DNA of 64,000 nucleotides from Planctomycetota bacterium. GTDB lineage: Bacteria; Planctomycetota; UBA8108; SXIK01. A program made the translations under genes and the position numbers. Numbering within the stretch: the first letter of the stretch is position 1; every line of letters begins with the position of its first letter. The notes beneath the pieces are model-generated. The model had not been told where the DNA came from and made no database searches. It saw only the letters and a list, made by a program, of their open reading frames with translations. The stretch covers positions 192,001 through 256,000 of the forward strand of contig CBDCXR010000004.1 in assembly GCA_965223845.1 (NCBI GenBank), given 5' to 3'. Shown here in pieces: positions 56,708 to 64,000 of the stretch.

Positions 56708-57070
56708 AGGGGGCATTCGCGAAGCCCCCTCGCTGGCGCGGCGAAGCCGCGCCAGCTTCACCCCGCCGAGCGCGCCTTCGGCGCGTTACGCGATCGGCTA
56801 GAGGTGAATCGATCGATTCCAGCCGATCCGGCTCTCGGAGTGAGTTTGCTCGGATCGAATCGGAGTCGGCTGCCCCGTGGTCTGCGGCGGAGCGTCGAGG
56901 GGGGGCATTCGCGAAGCTACCTCGCCGGCGCCGCGACGCCGCGTCAGCTTCACCCCGCCGAGCGCGCGCTCGGCCCGTTGTGCGGTCGGTTAGGGGGCGC
57001 CGTCGATCGCCGCCCTTGCGATTTTCGGAGTGAGTTAGCCCGGACCGAATTCGGGCCGGACTTCCCCGCG
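56707..57070. repeat. Two imperfect direct repeats (~190-bp period) made of short hairpins (REP/BIME-like)
   Basis: GGGGGCATTCGCGAAGC, CAGCTTCACCCCGCCGAGCGCGC and CGGAGTGAGTT recur in units starting 56707 and 56897. Confidence 0.75.
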
Positions 57071-57223
57071 GGCAGCCGCGGGGCGCCGAGCTCTCGGCGC
57101 CGAACGAAGGGCGAACTCCGGCGACTGCAACGAGCCGGCGGGAGGCGCCGTCTTAGGCTTGAGGACCGGCCCGCACGTCGATCGGGCTCCGAGCGGCCGC
57201 CGTCGCGGCTCGTCCCGGTCCTG

Positions 57224-57252
57224 TTGCCTTCGATCTGACCACGAGGTATCCT
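57224..57252 (+). promoter_or_regulatory. sigma70-like promoter candidate of the pilin operon
   Basis: TTGCCT-17 nt-TATCCT, about 280 nt upstream of the first pilin. Confidence 0.45.
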
Positions 57253-57538
57253 TGGAGCTTCGGTCTCAAGAACCTTTCCTGAACAGGGTTTAGCCTCTCT
57301 TCCCCCGCCCTCGGCGAGCGTTTTCGCGGTAGGCCGTCGGCCGCGAGCCGGAGCCGCCTCTCGGGTAGGTGTTCCGGCGCCGCCCGCGGTCTTTTCCGGG
57401 TGCGACGATCGCCGCAGCGCGATCCCGCGCGGCGGTCCTCCGAGGGAACAAGCGCAGAGCTCCGGGCGGGCCCCGTCCCCAGCTCGTCAGCGCGGCCGCA
57501 CGGGAAGAGCACGAAGCCTCTATCGGAGTATGAACGTC

Positions 57539-58129
57539 ATGTTGAAGAGCATGTGGAAGAGAAGCGGTGGATTCACGCTCATCGAGCTGCTGATCGTCAT
57601 CGCGATCATCGGAGTTCTGGCCGGGCTCGCGCTGAAGGCGATCTCGTCCGTGCAGGAGTCGGCGTCGCAGGCGACGACCACTTCCCAGGTCGCGGCGATC
57701 GCGAACGCTCTCGAGTCCTATCTCTCCGATGAAGGTGCGCTCCCCGGCGCCTCGCGAAAGAACATCGACGAAGACGACAATCTGTTCCCCGAGCTTTTCA
57801 ATGCGCTCCTCGACGAGAAGAAGCCAAAAGGAAAGGGCGGGCGGAGTGCTCCTTATCTCGACGTGAAGGAAGACGATGTTCACGTTTGGGATGACGACAT
57901 TGGCGAGTATCGGAAGGCCAAGCGTTCGGAGCGTTTCGACAACGAGGTGGACAAGTTCATCGTCGACTCCTGGGGTCAGCCGCTCGTCTATCGCCCGAAC
58001 AAGGGAAAGCGTCGCCAGCCGTGGATGCACAATCCGAGCGGCGCTGACATCTACTCCGTCGGATCGGACGGGGAAGATCAGACGAAAGAAGGCAGCGACG
58101 ATTCGAATGACGACATCGGAAACTGGTGA
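57539..58129 (+). CDS. Type II/IV (pseudo)pilin, GspG-like
   Basis: KRSGG|FTLIELLIVIAIIGVLAGL; ALESY, DSWGQPLVY, DIYSVGSDG..DDIGNW; start 57530 or 57539. Confidence 0.9.
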   Translation: MLKSMWKRSGGFTLIELLIVIAIIGVLAGLALKAISSVQESASQATTTSQVAAIANALESYLSDEGALPGASRKNIDEDDNLFPELFNALLDEKKPKGKGGRSAPYLDVKEDDVHVWDDDIGEYRKAKRSERFDNEVDKFIVDSWGQPLVYRPNKGKRRQPWMHNPSGADIYSVGSDGEDQTKEGSDDSNDDIGNW

Positions 58130-58172
58130 TCCGAGCGAACGTGGAAGACGTGCCTCGAACGCGGACGGAACG

Positions 58173-58931
58173 ATGACGACGAAGTACGAGTGCCGGGGCT
58201 ACGTGCGCGGCGCGGCGTTTCGCGAGCGCGAACTCCCGCCCGCCGCAATCCGTGACCGTCGCCGCCGAGGCTTCACGCTCATCGAGGTCCTCATCGTGGT
58301 ATCGATCCTCGCGGCGCTCTTCGGTCTCGCGATCACCGGTACCGGGAGCTACATGGGGAAGGCGTCGGAGAAAGCGACGGTGTCCGTCGTGGTTCGCGTT
58401 CAGAGCTGGATGGATGAGTACCGCTCGCTCACCGGGTTCTACCCGCCGGACGGACTCGACAGCCGCGAGCGCACGAAAGAGGACCGCACCGAGCTGCGTG
58501 GTTCGGGCGCTCTCTACTACCACCTGACGCGTCGCGTCGTCGCCGAAGAGCTGATCGGAAGCCGACGGCGGCTGCGGGATCATCCGGCGGTGGCGCAGAT
58601 CTCGGGTAGCGAGACCATCGACGAGCATCCCGACTATCCGGGCGTTCACGAGATTCGCGACGGCTACGGAAATCCCTTTCACTACGACAACACGACGAAC
58701 GGGAAGTACCGCCCGCAGGACGGTTCGGTCCACTACCACGAGATCGAAGAAGCGGACCATCCGGAGGACCCGCGCGAGGGAACGCGCGAAATCGATGGCA
58801 AGCCCGTCGTTCGTCGGACTGGAATCCAGAGTCCGAAGTACGATTTCTGGTCGCACGGGGCGCACGGGCACGATCCCGGTGAAGAGCCGAGCATGCCGAT
58901 TGCGACGTGGAACATTCGCAGCTTCGATTGA
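58173..58931 (+). CDS. Second GspG-like (pseudo)pilin
   Basis: RRRRG|FTLIEVLIVV; EYRSLTGFYPP, DGYGNPFHY, YDFWSHG..IATW. Confidence 0.85.
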   Translation: MTTKYECRGYVRGAAFRERELPPAAIRDRRRRGFTLIEVLIVVSILAALFGLAITGTGSYMGKASEKATVSVVVRVQSWMDEYRSLTGFYPPDGLDSRERTKEDRTELRGSGALYYHLTRRVVAEELIGSRRRLRDHPAVAQISGSETIDEHPDYPGVHEIRDGYGNPFHYDNTTNGKYRPQDGSVHYHEIEEADHPEDPREGTREIDGKPVVRRTGIQSPKYDFWSHGAHGHDPGEEPSMPIATWNIRSFD

Positions 58932-58948
58932 CGGTCGGGAGAGAATCC

Positions 58949-59728
58949 GTGTTCACACGAGCCGATAGAACAACGCGCGGGGGGCGTCCGGCTGGCTTCA
59001 CGATGGTGGAGCTGATCGTCGTGATCGGCATCATCATCCTCGCGGCGGGAATGATGGCTCCGACCATCACCGAGTTCTTCAAGAATCGCCACCTCCAGCA
59101 GGTGATGCGCGAGTTCGGCGGCACGATCAACTCGGCTCGGCTGCGCGCGGTGAACGAGCGCACGCGAGTTCACCTCGTGTTCTTCAAGGAAGGGATCCGA
59201 GTGTACGACGCGCGCGAGAACCGGTTCGTCGACGATCTCTTCGACGCGTCGGCGTCTCCGTTCAATGACGACAAGATTTGGTACGTGCTCGGATTTCAGG
59301 ACCGCGCGTTCAATATGGACCTCGCCGGATACGAGGGCTGGGCGAAGACGCATCTTCCGCGAGAGGGCAAGGACGCGAAGAAGAAGCCCGTGCGGCGCCG
59401 TCGAGGGCCAGCGCCGAAGGAAGCTCCGCTCAATCTCGACGGTCTTCCCCAGATCGTGTTCCAGCGCGACGGCAGCGCGGAGTTCAAAACCGGAACCGAC
59501 GTCATGACCGAGCTCTTTCGGCGTGATCCGCCGGCGAGCGGTGACATCATGGTGTTCAGCACGGGCAACACGAACGGCGGGTTCATCGACATTAGCAACA
59601 ACGGGCAGAGTCGGAGTCGACTCGCGCTCCTCGAGAGCGAACCGGAGACCGCCGAAAAGATGAAAGAATCGTTTGCGGGCGAAGGCTCCCGCAAGAAAAA
59701 GCGGCGAGGGCGGAGGCGATCGTCATGA
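58949..59728 (+). CDS. GspH/FimT-like minor pilin
   Basis: PAG|FTMVELIVVIGII; INSARLRAVNER; IVFQRDGS. Confidence 0.85.
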   Translation: MFTRADRTTRGGRPAGFTMVELIVVIGIIILAAGMMAPTITEFFKNRHLQQVMREFGGTINSARLRAVNERTRVHLVFFKEGIRVYDARENRFVDDLFDASASPFNDDKIWYVLGFQDRAFNMDLAGYEGWAKTHLPREGKDAKKKPVRRRRGPAPKEAPLNLDGLPQIVFQRDGSAEFKTGTDVMTELFRRDPPASGDIMVFSTGNTNGGFIDISNNGQSRSRLALLESEPETAEKMKESFAGEGSRKKKRRGRRRSS

Positions 59729-60546
59729 ATCGACCACTCGAACAGTCGACGCCTACGGCCGATCCTCGCTCGGGGTTCACGATCCTCGAGATCATGATCG
59801 CGACGGCGATCTTGACGCTCGGGCTCGTCGGCATCCTCGCGCTCTTTCCGGTCGCGATTTTCACCGGAAAGCGCATCGTCGAGCAGTCGACAGCGGTTGT
59901 CATCGCCGAGTCGGTCGCCGAGGCGATTCGCGAAGGGGTGCGCAACAACCTCCGGTACAACCGCTACGGACAGCCGTACTTCGTATTCAAGCACGACGGG
60001 GTCACGGACCCGATCCCGCTCCAGCAAGAGCGCGAGCGCTACTCGCACGATTACTACATCCTGCTCCCGGGATACCGGCGCGCGCAGTTTTCCGGTCGAA
60101 CCGCGCGCGACAAGGCGATGGACTCCGCGAAGACCTTTCTCTTTCCCGAAACGGATTCGGCGAAGAATGGGAACGGACGCCAGGAGCGCGCCGACAACGA
60201 CGCCGACGACTACACTTACCGGTTCGAAAACGGTGAGTCGTACAAAGACATCTGGGTGGAGAAGACCTACTCGCTGGGGAACTATCTGCCCGGTCTCGAG
60301 GCGGAAGGAATCCGCGTCCTCCGGGATCAGAAGATCGACGCGATCCGGCAGTACTCCTACGCGTTCGCGATCTCTCCGAGCTACAACGACGCGAACATCA
60401 CGCTCAGTCCGAACTCCGACGCGTACCGGCCGGCCGGGCGATTGTTCCACGTTCGCATCATGATCTTCCGGAGCTTCGTTCCCGTCGAGAAGGGCGCAGA
60501 GTCGCCCGTACCGGTCTACGAGCTCGACTTCGAGGTCGCCATATGA
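59725..60546 (+). CDS. GspI/PilV-like minor pilin
   Basis: RSG|FTILEIMIATAILTLGLVGILALFP; ATGA overlap. Confidence 0.85.
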   Translation: MNRPLEQSTPTADPRSGFTILEIMIATAILTLGLVGILALFPVAIFTGKRIVEQSTAVVIAESVAEAIREGVRNNLRYNRYGQPYFVFKHDGVTDPIPLQQERERYSHDYYILLPGYRRAQFSGRTARDKAMDSAKTFLFPETDSAKNGNGRQERADNDADDYTYRFENGESYKDIWVEKTYSLGNYLPGLEAEGIRVLRDQKIDAIRQYSYAFAISPSYNDANITLSPNSDAYRPAGRLFHVRIMIFRSFVPVEKGAESPVPVYELDFEVAI

Positions 60547-61919
60547 TGTCGCCTGCGTTCGGTTCCGATCCCGATCGTTCCACGCGCCCGCGCGCACCGA
60601 AGCGGACGAGTGGATTCACGCTCATCGAGCTGATGGTCGCCCTGATGCTCGCGGCCATCGTGTCGATGTCGATCATGATGATCTCTTCGCAGGCGCGCCT
60701 CGCCTACGAAGAGACCGTGAAGAAAGTCGACGTCTACAATCGCTTTCGGTTCGCTTTGCAGCAGCTCGAGAACGATTTCAAGAACTGGATTCCGACCGGC
60801 GATCTCGAGTTCTACCAGGACGGAAGTGGTCGAGCGGGCAAGCTGAACAGCCACTGGGATCCGGGCGAGGAGGTTTCGGATGTCCGCGACGCCTTCGGAC
60901 TCGGCGTTCGCGATGGCGGAACGTATCGCGAGTACGACGAGTTCGCGTTCATCGAAGAGCGACATTACAAGAGCCGGGAGCCGGATCCCGAAGATCCCGA
61001 GACGCGCGAGCACGCGGCCTTCCGCGCTTACTTCCAGACGATGACCTACGTCGATGGCGCGATGCGCCTCGCGAACGTCGAGTACTACCTCGCCGATCCC
61101 AAGAAGACGATGGGAAACGGCAGTCGCGCGCCTGGTTTTCCGACTGTCGTCGAACCGGAACATGTTCCGAACCTCTCCCTGATCAAGGTCGTTCGCTACT
61201 ACGAGATCACTCACGGGTCGATCCAGAAGGTGAATGAGACACCCGTCAAGCGCCGAGTGATCGAAGTTGCGACGAACGTGACCGACTTCCGCGTCGAGTA
61301 CACGGTCGATCCCCAGCTCGAGCAGCGCCGGCGCTCGAAGAGCGAGATCGAATTCTTCACTCCGGAATCGGAGTACAAGGCGCCGTTTGAAGTCGCGCTC
61401 AAACCCGAGCGCATCGAGAGCGGCGTCTACCGGCGGAGCTTCGGTTATGGAAGCGTGAAGCTGGACCAGTCCTTCGATCTCGCGACCGCGGAGCCCGACT
61501 TCCGCGGCGACCGCCGGGTCGGATTGAACAACGGGCGTCACGCACCAGTGCGAGTGGGCTTTAAGGGAAACACTCGCGTGCGTTTTGCGCAGCTCGTCCC
61601 CGGCGATCGGATCTTCCTCTTCACCGAGGGAAATCGGGCCGCTCGCGCACAGGGTGGAGGCGGCGGAGGGGCTGGACTCGCCAATCTCGTTCGGTTCTCC
61701 GCCGGCGACTACACGGTGAAGACGAACCTCAACGGCCTCCTCGAGCTCGAGGAGGACATCGACTCGACGGAGTGGGGCGGCCAGACTCAGTCCGGCATCC
61801 TCTACAAGGCGCCGTTCCTTCCGTCCGCGGTGCGGATCACGATGCGCATCGTCGACGACAAGGGGCTGAACCCGAAGACACTCCAGAAGACCGTCTGGCT
61901 TCGGCGTCGCTCGCGCTGA
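60543..61919 (+). CDS. GspJ/PilW-like minor pilin
   Basis: TSG|FTLIELMVALML; ALQQLENDF; VATNVTDFRVEY; LPSAVRITMRIVD. Confidence 0.85.
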   Translation: MMSPAFGSDPDRSTRPRAPKRTSGFTLIELMVALMLAAIVSMSIMMISSQARLAYEETVKKVDVYNRFRFALQQLENDFKNWIPTGDLEFYQDGSGRAGKLNSHWDPGEEVSDVRDAFGLGVRDGGTYREYDEFAFIEERHYKSREPDPEDPETREHAAFRAYFQTMTYVDGAMRLANVEYYLADPKKTMGNGSRAPGFPTVVEPEHVPNLSLIKVVRYYEITHGSIQKVNETPVKRRVIEVATNVTDFRVEYTVDPQLEQRRRSKSEIEFFTPESEYKAPFEVALKPERIESGVYRRSFGYGSVKLDQSFDLATAEPDFRGDRRVGLNNGRHAPVRVGFKGNTRVRFAQLVPGDRIFLFTEGNRAARAQGGGGGGAGLANLVRFSAGDYTVKTNLNGLLELEEDIDSTEWGGQTQSGILYKAPFLPSAVRITMRIVDDKGLNPKTLQKTVWLRRRSR

Positions 61920-62133
61920 ACGCGAACGTGTCCATCGGGTGACTCTGCCCGATCGCTCGCCCGCGAGAAGCGACGCGTTCACCCGCGTCCCTTTCCGGAT
62001 CCACTGCGCGCGGTGACCGCGCCAGGCGGGAGGTGCAAACGGGGTGGCGCCGCACCGAACGGAAGGGTCTTTCCGACCCGCCGGGGATCAGTGCGGCGAC
62101 GCATCCCGCGTCTTTGAGTGTCGAAGCTCCGCG

Positions 62134-63573
62134 TTAGGAGACGACCCGGTCCGCGTTCATCGACATGAGGAACTCGGCGTTCGTCTTGAACTGCTTGAGC
62201 TTCGTCTTCAGCAGCTCCATCGCTTCGACCGGATTCATGTCGTGGAGGACTTTGCGGAGCACCCAGATCCGGCGCTGCTCCTCGGTGTCGAGGAGGAGCT
62301 CCTCCTTTCGCGTTCCTGAGCGCGTGATATCGATCGCCGGCCACACGCGCTTGTCGGCGAGCCGCCGATCGAGATGGAGCTCCATGTTGCCCGTCCCCTT
62401 GAACTCCTCGAAGATCACCTCGTCCATGCGACTCCCGGTGTCGATGAGCGCAGTCGCGATGATCGTCAGGCTGCCGCCCTCTTCGATGTTTCGCGCCGAG
62501 CCAAAGAAACGCTTCGGTTTTTGTAGCGCGCTCGCATCGACGCCGCCGGAGAGGATCCTTCCGGAGTGGGGTACTTCGGTGTTGTAGGCGCGCGCGAGCC
62601 GCGTGATGGAATCGAGGAGGATCACGACGTCGCGGCCGTACTCGACCATGCGCTTCGCCTTCTCGATCACCATCTCCGCGACCTGAACGTGACGGGCGGC
62701 GGGCTCGTCGAAAGTCGAGCTGATCACTTCGCCCTTCACCGAGCGTTCCATGTCCGTGACTTCCTCGGGCCGCTCGTCGATGAGGAGCACGATGAGGTCG
62801 ACCTCGGGATTGTTCCGCGAGATGCTGTTCGCGATCTTCTGGAGGATGATCGTCTTTCCCGTGCGCGGAGGCGCGACGATCAGGCCGCGCTGCCCTTTTC
62901 CGATCGGGGTGACGAGATCGATGATGCGGTTTTCGACTCCGGTCGGCTCGCATTCGAGGATGAGACGCTCCTCAGGGTAGAGGGGCGTCAAGTCATCGAA
63001 GTTCGCCTTGCTGTGAAGTCGATCCGGCTCTTCGTAATTGATCGCCTCGACGCGGAGGAGCGCGAAGTAGCGTTCGTTCTCCTTCGGCGGCCGGATTTGG
63101 CCCGAGACCACCGCACCGGTGCGGATCCCAAATCGACGGATTTGGGACGGCGAAATATAGATGTCGTCGGGGCAAGGATAGTACGAGTAGCGCGGAGAGC
63201 GAAGAAAGCCGAACCCGTCGGGAAGGACCTCGAGCACGCCTTCGCCGTACATGAGACCGTTCTGCGACGCGCGCTCCTTGAGCAGCTTGAAGATGAGATC
63301 CTGTTTCTTCAGACCGGCGTACTCGGTGATCCCTTCGGATTGCGCGAGCTCGTGGAGCTCGGCGATCGTCATCTTCTGCAGCTTGCCGACGTGGAGGCTC
63401 TCCCGATCGTCGTTCGCAGCGGTGCGTTCGAGCTGCTCGGCCTCTTCTTCGAGCTCTTCGTCGCTCGGCAAACCGGTGACGGCGCGCCCGCTTTTGGTCG
63501 CCTTTCCCGCCTTCGCCGGCTGGCTGTCGGCTCGCTTCTTACGCGTGTTGCCGCGCGTCTTAGCCGTCGCCAT
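62134..63573 (-). CDS. rho: Transcription termination factor Rho
   Basis: [66 protein letters not shown]. Confidence 0.99.
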   Translation of the reverse strand: MATAKTRGNTRKKRADSQPAKAGKATKSGRAVTGLPSDEELEEEAEQLERTAANDDRESLHVGKLQKMTIAELHELAQSEGITEYAGLKKQDLIFKLLKERASQNGLMYGEGVLEVLPDGFGFLRSPRYSYYPCPDDIYISPSQIRRFGIRTGAVVSGQIRPPKENERYFALLRVEAINYEEPDRLHSKANFDDLTPLYPEERLILECEPTGVENRIIDLVTPIGKGQRGLIVAPPRTGKTIILQKIANSISRNNPEVDLIVLLIDERPEEVTDMERSVKGEVISSTFDEPAARHVQVAEMVIEKAKRMVEYGRDVVILLDSITRLARAYNTEVPHSGRILSGGVDASALQKPKRFFGSARNIEEGGSLTIIATALIDTGSRMDEVIFEEFKGTGNMELHLDRRLADKRVWPAIDITRSGTRKEELLLDTEEQRRIWVLRKVLHDMNPVEAMELLKTKLKQFKTNAEFLMSMNADRVVS

Positions 63574-63636
63574 GATCAAGTCTCCGTAAATGATGGTTGG
63601 CTGGGTTGAGTCCCCGCATTGCCCCGAATTCCGTGC

Positions 63637-64000
63637 TCAAGCGTCGCGGTCCCTGCGCTCTGTCCGCGCGCGAGAGAGGCACGCGGCGACTTGTTCACGC
63701 GAGTTCGCGAGGGGGCCCGAATTATTGATGACGATGTCGGCGCGCTCGCGTTTCGTCGCGAGCGCGGTCTGGTGCCGCTCCCGCCTCTCGAGCTCGCCTT
63801 CGTCCCATCCGCGATCTGCCCGAACGCGGCGCTCGCGCTCCCTGGCATCGACTTCGACGAACACGACGAGATCGCATTCGCTGCGAAGTTTCGATGACGC
63901 GAGGAGGGGGACGTCGAGAACGAGGAGATCCTCCGGGCCAGCGTTCCGCCGAAACGCCTCGGCCCGTGCGCGGATGCTTCGTTCGACGGTCGGATGCACC
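63637..64000 (-). CDS. coaE: Dephospho-CoA kinase, 5' truncated by window edge
   Basis: HP.V, VLDVPLL, CDLVVFV, RRVRADRGW..RE..Q..K..RADIVINN; coaE-rho order. Confidence 0.88.
   Translation of the reverse strand, partial: VHPTVERSIRARAEAFRRNAGPEDLLVLDVPLLASSKLRSECDLVVFVEVDARERERRVRADRGWDEGELERRERHQTALATKRERADIVINNSGPLANSREQVAACLSRARTERRDRDA

Noticed and set aside
56696-57238. 180-aa ORF with an internal repeat after accC
   Set aside because: It is a translation of the hairpin repeats; its ATG comes from the palindrome arm and it has no protein-like features.

Overview
GC-rich bacterial chromosomal window with a strong CG/TCGA bias. Gene content suggests an uncultured Planctomycetota/PVC lineage (inference: lamin-tail/CotH, HEAT-vWA, MshEN-like Ser/Thr kinase, pilin-like cassette). 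The backbone is housekeeping: comF, gatCAB, rsfS, tsaE, miaA, thiL, parA, HU/IHF, tRNA(CAU), recA, purD, glgP, accBC, rho, coaE. I saw no transposase, integrase, CRISPR array or rRNA. The most unusual items are: (1) a five-gene (pseudo)pilin operon lacking its K/PilX subunit, with a 1248-aa K/PilX-like protein carrying a LamG-like domain about 22 kb away behind a highly structured leader RNA; (2) a secreted His/Glu/Arg/Asp tandem-repeat protein with two different His repeat blocks, divergent from a lamin-tail/CotH-like protein; (3) two tiny, separately transcribed lipoproteins that look paralogous; (4) a kinase/pseudokinase/TPR signalling neighbourhood; (5) a membrane-anchored SbcC/SMC-like ATPase with no nuclease partner; (6) a kinase + fucose-type isomerase + creatininase-family sugar module; (7) a probable CTG start for parA; (8) a perfect 26-bp palindrome across the accC stop, followed by two REP-like units of about 190 bp. 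All family calls come from motif recognition by eye, not database searches.
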